From Trichoplax sp. H2 (taxonomy: Eukaryota), in assembly GCA_003344405.1 (NCBI GenBank), contig NOWV01000022.1:124001-188000 (forward strand): a stretch of 64,000 nucleotides of DNA, given 5' to 3'. Made by a program: the position numbers and the translations under genes. The first letter of the stretch is position 1, and each line of letters begins with the position of its first letter. Below are positions 42,323 through 55,015 of the stretch, piece by piece. Under the pieces are notes generated by a model. It saw only the letters and a program-made list of their open reading frames with translations, did not search any database and was not told the origin of the DNA.

Positions 42323-45259
42323 TTAGTTACTGTATGCTCCAGAATTTCTGGCAGCTTCGATTGAAAAAAAAAGATCTCGACGAAGTCTAGATACAATAGA
42401 AGGGATTTGTTTTTTGCCTCGATACATTAAATTATTAGATTGAGATTCTTTTTGAGCAACAAAACAACACACTCTTGTTAACATTCTCAATAAATCCATG
42501 TGTTGGTGATATTGTTCAAAGACTTCAACAACAGCCTGGATGAACCAAGAACCTGCACTATTTCGCCAGGCAAAATAACCGGGGGCCGTAGCATATGCAA
42601 GCAAGAAATCGCACTCAGATGGAAGAGTACTACCAACAAAATCAGTCACGTCTTCTTCCTCCGTTTCCTTACTAAGCGTAGAATCAGGTACATCTGCACC
42701 TGAATCAAAATTTTGACCACGACACGCCTGTATAAGTTTGTAAAATGGTATTCGTTAAGGTAGCGGTATATGAGTGTTATGTAATACAATCATTTTTAAA
42801 CAAGAGGAGGTATTTTCAATGCAATCTATCATTACAGTAACGACATGAATATATAATTATAACGATGGAGTTATATCTATTACAGTAAAAACCTGAATAA
42901 AAAATATTTTTGGTTTTCCTGCAAGGGATCTACATTTATCTCCACGAAATTTTGCAAACATCTCTTCTAGATTCACTTTACCATCCTTTCCATAGATGAA
43001 ATCGTGTTCCCCGTGACTAAGAAATGCACATGCGAAGCTATCGTAATTTCGATGATCTTTTTTGCTATAATCACTTAATTTAGCTACAATTTTTTGAACT
43101 GTAAAGTTATCGCATCTATCCACGATATAATTTAGTCTTTTAAAAAGACTCTCGAGTTTATCAGCATCAACCGTACTTCCATCTCTAGCGTTCATCCCTG
43201 TCTGTTGTGAAAATTTTCTAAAATTTTTACAACGAAAACGATATTAGTACCCATTTAACTAATGATACATTTTATTAGTATACGTCTAATAAAAATGTAG
43301 GTACAGTATAATAGATGCATTAGGTGCTCTATAGTGTACATTTAAATTGGGATCGAAAGTGAAATATCAAAATAGTAAAATTTAATTTGTTTAATACGAA
43401 GCTTACTCCTGATTGAATATCACCATGTATCCATGAGGTTTCTTACTCATTTCATAGATTAAATTGTCCGTTTTTAAAGTATATTTTGCAGTAATTGGTA
43501 CTTTCTTGATATCGAGAGGCGGATAAATGGAATCGATCTCTTCACCAACTACATGTATCAAGCAATATTAATGAACGCTTATTAAGGATCCTTCTGAAAT
43601 CGATTAAATACCTACAATGTTTACTCATATTGTATATACTCTCATTTTAGACTTATTTATAATTCATTAGCATAAAATATAATAAAACAAAATGCAATTT
43701 TACAAACCTGTAACGGACTGTACATCAACATCTATTTCTTTAGGTAACAGGAGCAGTGTTAACGGTATAAATATGTGACATACATATATACATGATTAGA
43801 ATGACAATGATAAAGTTATTGTAATTATTGTTAAATTTTAGATCGATACTGATAAAATTTAAAATTTAATGAGCTATGAAAACATAAAAATTAGTTATTA
43901 TATAAAGATATGAAATTGCTACCAGGTTGTTTTTCGCTAGTTGGCTCTATAATATATTGAATTGAAAACAAAAGCTATGTGTTAATATAAAGTCGAAATA
44001 TCCTTGCAAGTATGTACGCGTACATGAAAGACTAAGTAAATGCTTTATCAGACTTTGCCATAATACGAGTATATGTATACAGGGTAAAGAAAATATTAAT
44101 CAAGCAACTGTTTTGCTTGAAATACTGCACTTAAAACAGTATATAAAGATTCTTTCATTAAACACTTGAGAAACTATGATTTAATCAACCCTGGCCTGAT
44201 AGCGGTGATAACTAGCAAAATCACTTGGACTAACATTAGATGGTAAGTGTAACCTAAATAAACTGTGCTCCGTCAATTACTGTACTGTACTGTACTGTAC
44301 ATTACTGAACGTGCCTGTAGTGGATCGATTTCCCTGTGACCGTAAATGAGCGGATAATTCAGGATTGATATCAGCCAGAGCATCGCAAAATTTTCCGAAA
44401 GCTTGACTTCCACATGTTTTAATTTGCGTCAACAGTTCATCCACTTTTCTATGAATACAAAATTGCAGAATTATTACGCTGTACTCTAAAGTTGATTGTA
44501 TTAGAACTCCAATCAGACTACCAAGACTTCAATGCTCATCAACTTCGATGAGTTCAATTTACAGCATTTTTCAAGATTGCTTTATACCATCAATTATATT
44601 ACCATACGTTTACCGAGTAGTGATATCCTCATTTGGCTAACTACTGCACCTTGTACTAGAGTACGTTTGCACGATTGTATTTTGCTGTGTTGGTAAAATA
44701 CGTAGACAAACAAGCAGATTTTAGTTCAGTCTTTGATTGTGATCCGTATACAAAATGCTCCATGCGTGATTATTTATCTCCCACTCCACTATTATTTACC
44801 ATGTTCATCTTTATTTCAGATATTTTAATGCAAATGTATATCAAAGTTATCGCTGTGTTCTAAAACATGTTTTATGTCTATGTCATACAGTCAGTATACA
44901 GTTGCAGTACAGTTTTATGTTAGTATAAAACGCTCTATTTGTGCGTTAGCTTTAATTCCATTTTTCCTTTTTTTTATACCTGAAATAAGTATCAACACGT
45001 TGTACTCTTTTGATGATACGAATGGTAACTTGTTCTACAACATGCACCTTGCGCGAATAGTTAAAATAGAATCGACATACCGAAAGTGAGATCTTTGATT
45101 TCGAAGCGCGATTATAGAGTAATCATCCAAGACTTTATTGGCAAATAACCTATCACATAATTGTTCAACTTGCTCTGATGACAAGTTGTTTTGGATGTTG
45201 ATTAAGTTCTCTCGCAGCACATCTCGATGTTCTTGCGACATTCCAATAACTTTCGCCAT
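42323..45259 (-). CDS. Caspase B: CARD-like prodomain plus catalytic domain, about 7 exons
   Basis: MAKVIGMSQEHRDVLRENLINIQNNL...|KVDELLTQIKTCGSQAFGKFCDAL; YEMSKKPHGYMVIFN; LSHG; KPKIFFIQ|ACRG (split by an intron); FAWRNSAGSWF. Confidence 0.87.
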
Positions 45260-46768
45260 TTTTACTTTCAGTTCTGCCCGTTTGAGATTTTTAATGTCTG
45301 GCTTCTTTTGCCTTTTGCCGCGATAGATGTCAAATGTGAAAAGTTAAGCAGAAAAGATAGCAAATTGCTAAGGTTTAGTATGGTACCGTACGGTTTATAT
45401 AGGCCATACTACTGGACTACACTACTGTACTGTTAGTAATTCATGAATCAGGATACTCTATAGTATTATTATTAGACTGATAATATAATTATAGTAAGAG
45501 ACTATAATGCCCCAATGCAATTCTACGCAATACTATACTGTTATTAAAACGTACCATATGTGGCATACTGTAGTGAAAAGGACAAGTAAAACTAGAATAT
45601 CGTAGCATTTACAATCGGTTAAATGATGGACTTAGCAAAATATTGCTAAAAATTGGATCTTAACCATCACGATGGGCTACTGGAAATTACTACCAGTAAT
45701 TAACCCTTTTATTTTCGAATGGTTCATGGCCTAACTCATACTTTCTAGCCTAGGGCTCTTGCTTCATGATTTAGCTATTTCTTATAGTGGTCTTTCAACA
45801 TTCTGCATCACCTGCAGTGCCAAACTACAGCTTGTATATTAATAGCTAGGCTGATTACTAATTAGATATAAATTATTACTAGCCATTTTGCTGGCTGTTT
45901 CCTCTGTCTTTACAGCTAGTGATTTGGTCATCTTGTAAGGTACAGCCTATCACTCACACAATATCCTCTTACATCTTCTGATTGCATGATATAAGCATTG
46001 ATAATATAATTAACTAATGAGTAGACCCTAATATCAACAAATGGATATCATTACTTAATGTACATAGGCATGACCTGATAGAATAAGAATAATTAGAAGG
46101 CTTTCTCTGATCTTATTTTCCATCTGCAATTTCACCCATACTCCTCTCTTCTAACTGTAACTGCAGAGTGTTATTTTACTTGCGTTTAGATTACTATTTT
46201 GTTGTTTTGTAGAAATTTACCAGAAATGTTATCAAGGTAAAAGTGCACCGAAATATTAGTCGAGATACTGATACATACTAAACACATTCTACAGCACGTG
46301 TATAGCACTGTAATATCGAAAATAAAGTTAGGTAAATGGCTGGCTAATCAGGGACTGCAGCACTCCGCCCCAAAATTAGTGTAAACATGAAAACTCCTCT
46401 CCCCCGTACAAAATTTCTTCATATTGTAGTGGATTATATGTAAGTCCACATACCATAAATCACTCCGATCTGTGTTCTACTAGATGAAAAGGTTACTTTT
46501 AATGTAGAGTATGTATAAAATAGTGTTGATTCCATGAAGAAACCAAAGTGTAAAGTAGAGTAGAATATTTGCAATAATTAGAATGTCAATAAAACATGAC
46601 AACCTGCAGGACAGCAGTATGATGATGGAACAAGGAGAAACTTGCTGCCAGTTACAGTACAAGCTACACTAGCAGCTACCCAGACATGTGACAGCTACAT
46701 ATAGTACTGTACTGTACTGCACTCGGCTACTCTTCCTTCCAGTAGTCCCTCTAAATACTTAGCAGATT

Positions 46769-48112
46769 ATGGACTACTCGGTTTCAGCTTCAAACATGGA
46801 AATAGGTACGAGAATAGCAACTATGCTGTTAGTTCATTGTAGATTATTATAAACTGTAGATTGGCAGGTAGAGCACAAGAAATCAAGAGAGATCTTATCA
46901 CAGGGATCTATGCGTTAGTCGATGTCACTAGCTTCAAAATTGAACAAATATATTAATTCAAATTTTATACTCTGTCTTCAACTCTACTACTGCATTTATA
47001 GAAATTATTATTATAATATTAATACGTATCCAATTTCGAAATCGTCTTTGATTGATGTTATTGAAGATCATTTTGGGGCATTTCAAATTAAAGTATTCAA
47101 TTCTGTAAATTACTATTGCATTTCTAGTTGATCCTGAAAGTGGCGGTGGTGCCATATCACTAGATGATGATGATCTTCATTCTGCGCCGATAAGAGGCCC
47201 TATCCTGAGTGAACAATATTTGTATAAGATGGGAAATAAGCCGCATGGCTATGCTTTGATTATCAATAATAGGTTAATGATCTACGGTGATACGTTAAGT
47301 GTCGTATTTTTTGTATTTATAAACTATCAATCATTAACCGTATACAATTTTATCTCTTTATCTTGTTAATAACTAGAAAATTCATTGGGATGCCTGAACG
47401 TAAAGGTAGCGATAAAGATGCTGAAGGTATGCAAACTCTATTGGTAAAACTAGGCTACAAAGTAGCAATGGGCAACGATTTGAGTGCAGCTCAAATGAAA
47501 GATGTATTACAACGATGGGCCGCCAGGGATCATAGTACTTGTGATAGCTTCGTATGCGTGTTATTAAGCCATGGCGAGCAAGGTAAAATATTTGGCACTG
47601 ATACCGACGTGGATATCGAAGAATTACTTGGACTGTTTAGAGGTAATCGTTGCGCTTCACTGGCTGGAAAGCCAAAGTTATTTTTTATTCAAGCTTGTCG
47701 TGGTACAAACTTTGATGAAGCTGTCGATCACGTTGACGGCGTTCCTAATGAATCAGCACTAAATACAGAAGGTTATGAGGATGAAGTTGATGCTAAAACT
47801 CGACAAACATTACCATCTGAAGCAGATTTTTTAATTGCCTATTCGGTTGTTCCAGGTTATTATTCTTGGAGAAATTCTACAAATGGCTCTTGGTTTATGC
47901 AAGCAGTTATTGACATTTTTACTAAATATTATAAGCAACTGGATCTTATAACAATGTTAACTATTGTTAATAATTCAGTTGCAACGGTCGAATCTTCAAC
48001 AAGTGATCCGAGATTCAATAATAAAAAGCAGATCCCTAGCTGTGTTAACATGCTACGTAAGCTAGTCTACTTTAATTCAGAAGCAGTCAAAAATCACGGT
48101 ATTTTTGGTTAA
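46769..48112 (+). CDS. Caspase A': near-identical copy of the caspase A catalytic part with a short, CARD-less N-terminus (exons 46769-46805, 47128-47272, 47377-48112)
   Basis: MDYSVSASNMEI|VDPESGGGAISLDDDDLHSAPIRGPILSEQYLYKMGNKPHG..., with QACRG intact and 7 aa differences from A over the 249-aa ORF. The start codon is inferred. Confidence 0.72.
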
Positions 48113-49471
48113 GTACAAACTGTTAACCTAGAGAATAACTATAGAAGATTGTGATTCTGTACTTTTATTCGATGTACTACATTTACACGAATCCTTGACT
48201 AGTACTGTAGAACTATAACCTTAAAACAGTATCCCTTTTTTACTAGCAGTATCTGTGATTATAATCGAAAATTTTTATCTATTGTTATGTAATCTTTGTA
48301 ATGCGTTAGACTAACATTTTCTATTAAGCTTTTAATATCTATCTTCAACGTAAATATTGGAATTATGTTTTGTAAGTTCATTTCATGGTTGTACTGAAAA
48401 GAAATGTTTTTATGCAGCGGTAATCTAAACTACTGTTTATTTGGCTTACATCTATAAACCCAGCTGATGACTTATAGATAGTTCCTCACTTACCTATTTC
48501 TGATGAAACCGTTTCAATAAAGTATACCTCCATGGTGAAGTATACGCGTACAGTAGTTAGACAATATGCAAATATACGTTAAGCATAATATTAGATATTG
48601 AACCCGGTATATTAACTTTAATAATTTTTATAACAACTTCCTAAACTTAAACGTTTAAACCTCCTTATCGTTAATCATTAGAATGTTGTCATTAAGTAAT
48701 TCCTATTGGAATTCCAAAATCGTTCAATAATTGCAGTAATTATGCCAATTATTTAGACTATCGACTAATAAAGTTTTACAAATCTAATTTTAAATTCATT
48801 ATTAGTTTTCTAGATACATTGAAGCTATCAATTCTGTAGATTATGTTTCTATAGTTCAGTTGAAGATACTCTTTCTCTTTTAACTTAAATGTCTAAATCT
48901 TTGGTCAAGTGTCTATAATCTTTGCAGTTTATCACAAATTTATATGAGTTAAAAGATCGTGTAATAAAGTATGAACTATGGATTATAATAATTATTGAGA
49001 TTTGTCAACTAATAAAGCCTACGGCTAGGCATAAACGCAGTGCATTGATTGTTATTATTCTAGTTCGTCGACGTAAACGTACATTCTGTTTGATGACGCT
49101 ACCTTATGTTACCATGCATTCCTTGAAATACTCTAGAGGCTATCACCTTCCTACTAATTTATATTGCTACCATTGATAAATTGACAAATAAAAGCTCTGT
49201 ACTACAAGGTTAGCAGATTTGAAGCATGTCTACATAGGACAGATTTGGATGATATTGTGGTTTTAGTACAGGGCCGTTGACCATATATTGTGTGAGAAGA
49301 AACTGTAGTTTAGCGCAAAAGAAAGAAAGAGTTATTAAAGTTTTATGAAATTTTATTGCAGCATTTCATTCTTTGTTTAATTAAAAATCCTCTTTATTCA
49401 AAGAAACATTATAAAAATAGAAGAGGTAAAAATTCTTTAATGCAGTATGTTAATGCATGTAGTAATTATCA
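46790..49471 (+). repeat. Segmental duplicate of ~39376-42036
   Basis: Exons, introns and 3' flank are near-identical to the first copy up to the N gap. Confidence 0.92.
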
Positions 49472-49491
49472 NNNNNNNNNNNNNNNNNNNN
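49472..49491. other. Assembly gap (20 N)
   Basis: Run of n characters. Confidence 1.
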
Positions 49492-49938
49492 TTAGGTGTC
49501 TATAATCTTTGCAGTTTATTACTAATTTATATGAGTTAAAAGATCGTGTAATAAAGTATGAACTATGGATTATAATAATTATTGAGATTTGTCAACTAAT
49601 AAAGCCTACTGTTAGGCATAAACGCAGTGCATTGATTGTTATTATTCTAGTTCGTCGACGTAAACGTACATTCTGAGTGTTTCCATTTTTGTTTCAGATA
49701 CTTGTATATGGGAATTATTGCTATATTCTATAACATGTTTTATATATACGCTCGTACAGTTACAGTAGAGTTTACGTTGGCATAAAATACTATATTTGTG
49801 CGTTAGCTTTAGTTCTATTTTTGCCATTTTTTATAGTTGAAACAAATATGAACACGTAGTACTCTTTCGATCACACGAACGATAACTTGTTCTACAACAT
49901 GCACCTTGCATGAATAGGTAAAAATACAATCAATATAC

Positions 49939-50115
49939 CGAAAGTGAATTTGTGAGTTCGAAGCGAGCTTATAGAGTGTTCATCCAAGACTCTATCGGAA
50001 AATAGCACGTCGAATAATTGCTCAAGTTAGTCTACTGACAAGTTCTTTTGGATGTTGACTAAGTTTCTTGCAGTACGACTTGATGCTCTTTCGACATTCC
50101 AATAATTTTCGCCAT
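49939..50115 (-). pseudogene. Disrupted copy of caspase B exon 1 (CARD), B'
   Basis: MAKIIGMSKEHQVVLQE is followed by a 1-nt deletion relative to B (GAGAACTTA vs GAAACTTA) and an in-frame TAA in the homologous frame. The donor TTTCG|GTAT is kept, and no downstream B exons are seen. Confidence 0.8.
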
Positions 50116-51184
50116 CTTTACTGTTAGTTCAGCCCGTTTGAGATTTAATGTCTAGGTTCTTCTTTTGCTACGTTGGAATTCGAATGTGGAAAGTTAAGTA
50201 CGATACAAATGTTAGCGAATAAAGTCGAAATAGGAACCGTAAGATCATAACGAAAAGCGCTTAAAATTTGACAGTGCTCAGATCAGTTTCATTAACAAAT
50301 ACTGATACAGGCTAATCACGATTTTTGTAATACTGTTTTTCAGTCGACTCTAGTATACCTACGGTATGATAGTTCATTCATTATCTTACAACGTGGATGC
50401 TATTGCTGTGCATCGTATGTACTCATTCATGCGTACAGCATAACATCAACGAATAGATATCATTACTTAATGTGCATAGGCATGACCTGATAGAATAGGA
50501 ATAATTAGAAGGCTTTCTCTAATCTTATTTTCCATCTTCAATTTCACCCATAATACTACCTTCTAACTGTAATCGTAAAACGTTGTCTTACTATTTTGCT
50601 GTGTTGTAGAAATTTACTAGAAATCATTATCAAGGCAAAAGTGTACCAATATATTAGTGGAGATACTGATCCATACTAAATAGATTGTATAATACTATAA
50701 TATGGAAAATAAAGTTACGTACGTGTACGTAGATTGTACTTTGGTACTCCAATGTTGGCTACAAAATTTCAAGTAAATTACTTTAATGGATTGTACTAAA
50801 TTTTTCAATTAATCATTGGTCAACAGACCAATGCATTTCTACAAATTATTTCATTATCCATAAACAATTGCATTAAGCAATAATCTTTCTAACAGAGACG
50901 TCTTATAAATGCGTTAAATCTTTTATTTCAATTCTGTTTGGGAGTATGAACATCTCCAATGATTAATAACAGGTCATAACATTCAGCCTGTTCTGGTCTA
51001 GTTGTAAAAATTAAACTATGCCAACATCCGCATTCACCTGGGTAATACCTTACACAGCAGCAAAGAGAGTAGCACGTAAGGGTTGCGGACGATAACGAAT
51101 CGCAGAATGTTTGCATGTACAGTATGTCGTCGGTTAATTGAAAATATCTCATAAGTAAAATATGTAGCCGCCTTTGGTGTATTC

Positions 51185-54100
51185 TTAATTTGAAATGTAT
51201 TCTTTATTAATACTTCTTCCGATTAATAGACGTCTGATTTCGCTAGTACCAGCACCAATTTCATAAAGCTTAGCATCTCGCAAAATGCGACCAGTTGGAT
51301 AATCGTTAATATAACCATTCCCACCTATAGCGCAATTGCAGATCGAGAACTTTAACACGACAATCTATTTTAAAATAGCTCTCTTGACTCATTTACTTAT
51401 TTTATTAGCTTACCAAGAAGTTGTAGAGCATCAAGTGCAACTTTAGTAGCGGCTTCGGCACAATACAGAATCACACCAGCACAATCCTGCAACGAGATAC
51501 AAATAAGATCTTAAAAGTCACATCGAGAACAATATTACAGAAATAGAAAAGAATATAAAAGTAGAGCAGGTTATTAGGGAAATGAAGTTATCTTAAGAAG
51601 CATACCCTGCTGACGATTCGACCTGCATCACAAGCTCTGGCAACGTTGTATAAATAACTTCTACAGGAATTAAGTTTTACGTACATGTCCGCCATCTTTG
51701 CTTGTATTAGCTGCGGGAGATTAGAAGCACGAGCAGTTTGAGATCCGATATTATATATATACAATAACTCTACAGTCACTCATTAGATCGTGATATTGAC
51801 CAGTGCTGATTAAATAAATGAATCCTATACAGAGCTTTATATAGGATCGTTTTATTTTTGATCTTCTGTGAACTTTACGTAAGGTCTAAATCTATTTCAA
51901 ATAATCAACAGTACTTTATACTAAAGATTATCATCTATTAATTTAATAAATCACGAAGTCACCTTTACCACAGTAATAAAATGCATTATCACGTATTAGT
52001 ATAGTAAGTAGCATAATATAGTAGTACAGTATAACGTTAAGCTTTTTTATTACCTGAAATTGAGCTATTTTTGTATTAAATTGTTCACGCTGATGAACAT
52101 AAGGATAGGCAACATCAACTGCAGCCTGCATCAAACCTACAGGTCCAGCAGCAAGGACCAAACGTTCTAAATCCAATCCACTCATTAATACGTAAACTCC
52201 TGTCAAAATGATAGTACAAAATGGATTTTAGACATTCGTCAAAACTTAGCTTTTGACTATATCGCAATTCAATCATTATAATTCATTGCAGTTTACCTTT
52301 TCCAGATCCTCCCATAATTTGCGATTCATGTACTTTACAGTCTTCAAATATTAGTTCGCAAGTATTTGAACCTCTCATTCCCAACTTATCTAACTTTGGG
52401 GCTGTTGAAAATCCTGGCATATTCTATAACATCAATTTGTGTTATTATAATAGCACAATATGTACAACACAACACAAAATAACAAAAAATTTATCAAGGA
52501 TACAAGATCCCATACACTACTGAGAATTTATACTTTTTCTATGAGAAAAGTGGTTATTCCGCGCTGTTTTGCGGATGGATCGGTTTTAGCATAAACCACC
52601 AATACGTCAGCATCCGGCCCGTTGGTAATCCAGAATTTACTTCCGTTTAGGATATAATAATCCCCTATTGGATGAATGTACAAGTTATGTTCACAAATCT
52701 TTCAAACAGAACAGTTTTTAGCAAGTTCGATCGATATTGAAAAATGAATTCTTATATCGGTGCTAAAGCATGGCATTAACGATGTTACAGAATGAAGAGA
52801 GTTAGTATGTCTCACCCTTTTTTTCTGCTTTCAGACGCATAGAAACAACATCGCTACCCGATCCAGATTCACTCATTGCCAACGCTCCAATGTATTCCCC
52901 GCTAATGAGCTAGCAATTGTACTGTATGTTATTATTCTTGAGTTTAAACAGATTACTTAATACTCGAAATGTAAATTTTAAGTGCTTTAAAGTCGTACAA
53001 CTATACGTAGAAGAGTATAGGGATTTGATCATTTATTTTTTACTTCATGAATTGTTGCGATCGATACCTTAGGGAGATACTTTGCTTTTTGTTCATCCGT
53101 CCCATTCCTCACCATCTGATTAACACATAGATTAGAGTGAGCACCATAGCTAAGTGCAATACTGCCACTGCCACGGCTGATTTCTTCCAATGCAATACAA
53201 TGATGGAGGAAAGTGCCAGCCGTGCCACCGAATTCTGCTGGTGCGGTGATACCTAGTAAGCCCATATTGCCAAGCTTTTTCCAAAATTCTCGAATTTGTG
53301 AGAAATTATTGTTGCTATCTATTTCCTGTGCATATGGAGCCAGCTCTTCATTGACAAACTTGCGTATTGCACTTCTTAACTGTCAACAGCATAGTAATTA
53401 TTCGGAATCAAAACGAATAAAAGTAGTAATAATTAATATTACCAATTGATTATAATCTCAATACTTTTTTTATTATTATTTTTTAGGTAACGTTCTTTTA
53501 TTTGTGTTTAGTCTGAAAGTTGCAATATGTGTAGTCAAGTAGAATTTGAAATGAAATCTTCCAATCAGTAATAGTAATAATACTGTCTTTTATTTGTGCT
53601 TAGTTTAAAAGTTGTAGAGTCAAAATGAAGTCAAAATTTGAAATCTTTAAATCATTTCAACCAGCTGTCAGCACATCAATCAACGTCAACCCATTCAACT
53701 GTTTACGATACTGTACGCTACTGTACAGTGTACAGTAGCGTTGCAGCCTTGCTTTCGTAAAACTCTTTGAAACATCGATTTGAGAATTAGAGACGGTAGC
53801 TTCTTAATTTTAACTTCAACAGGATCTATCCGATGTACGGACCTCCTAGTTGTATATACAGTACATTGTGTCACACCTTGTCCATAAATACCTAGGTGAG
53901 ATCACATCGTATCTTCCTCTTGCCAGTCTCAAACGCGATGTCTCAAACAAGTCTTTACATTCACGCTTTACCGAGCTATGCTCAAAGTAGCACCAAGTTG
54001 ATCCCGACCTAGTACAAGATCAAATCTGATAGCGATGTATGGAGATTCATAGAGTAATGGTTGAAACTTTTCATTCATATTACTAATAGTAACCAATGCT

Positions 54101-54440
54101 TGATTTTTGTTCTTGCGATCAACTATCAGTATTTGTTTGTAAATTCGATTGCAACTGAGGATACGCGTAAGCAAGTATGGCTGCACACTCTACGTACAGT
54201 ACACCGAGTGTAGCCAGTCTGCACACTATGCCTAATTCTTCTTCTAAGTACAACGACTATGTCAAAATAGTAGGCCATTCTTTAGTGTTTTACCTCTTTT
54301 TCTTCATCTTGAAGGCCATAGAGATCATCGTCGACAGGAAACGCGGCAGCACAATACTTCCTATTAGCCACTGTTGGTCTTACGATGCCATGAAGTAATT
54401 TCGAGAAGGTCACTGATCGACGGCCGACGATCGAGGACAT
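51185..54440 (-). CDS. IVD: Isovaleryl-CoA dehydrogenase, canonical paralog (9 exons)
   Basis: Mitochondrial-type leader [22 protein letters not shown]...[52 protein letters not shown] (catalytic Glu); [18 protein letters not shown]. Confidence 0.92.
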
Positions 54441-54514
54441 CTTGACTACCAGCTGGTGTTAAAATAAGAAGTGACGGCTTGCACTGGCTGACTTATCATT
54501 GCGAAATCCCTAGT

Positions 54515-54870
54515 GTACACTGTACACTGTACAGTACAGTGTCCAGTTCGTCTGTCTATCCAGATAGTGTAGTGTAGCGCTAGTATACCTGACGTGCTAG
54601 TCACTCTGCAATACCGTACACCGAGTGTACAGTGTACAGTACAGTACATGGAGTGAGTACACTGTACTGTACAGTACTGTACTGTACTGTAGGTGTCTGT
54701 CGGACTTTGGAACTACAGTACAGTACATATAAAAGTCCATGCTGTGATACCAAAATATGGCCGAGTTTTAGTAGTCTACAGTATGACCAGACTGCGTTGC
54801 AGGAATTTCTTTCTTGTTCATACGGTACTGTAGTACCTGACCCTGTGACCTCGCATATACTGTACAATGT
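54515..54870. repeat. TACAG/CTGTA pentamer-rich tract in the divergent IVD intergenic region
   Basis: GTGTACACTGTACACTGTACAGTACAGT and TACTGTACAGTACTGTACTGTACTGTAG lie between two head-to-head ATGs 575 bp apart. Confidence 0.8.
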
Positions 54871-55015
54871 ACATGCGAAGTAGGTTACTGCAGTGGGATT
54901 CTCCTGTATCGATGTATCCATAGTAATATACTGTACTACAAGCTTAAACGAGCTGATCAACTTTTACTCACTGGCTAATTATTCAGTAGCTGCAACCAGC
55001 GCTAGGATCGCCAGG

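Noticed and set aside
44300..44316. Possible GC-AG donor in caspase B exon 2
   Set aside because: A phase-compatible canonical GT donor lies 9 nt further on, so it cannot be decided without cDNA.
50968..51130. Call as U1/U11 snRNA or tRNA
   Set aside because: It lacks the ACUUACCUG or AAAAAGG 5' end, a canonical Sm site and tRNA T-loop/D-loop consensus; kept only as an unassigned structure.
54446..54960. Overlapping ORFs rich in Y/C/T/V/Q/S (also 36003-36287 and 59796-60092)
   Set aside because: They are translations of TACAG/CTGTA repeats.
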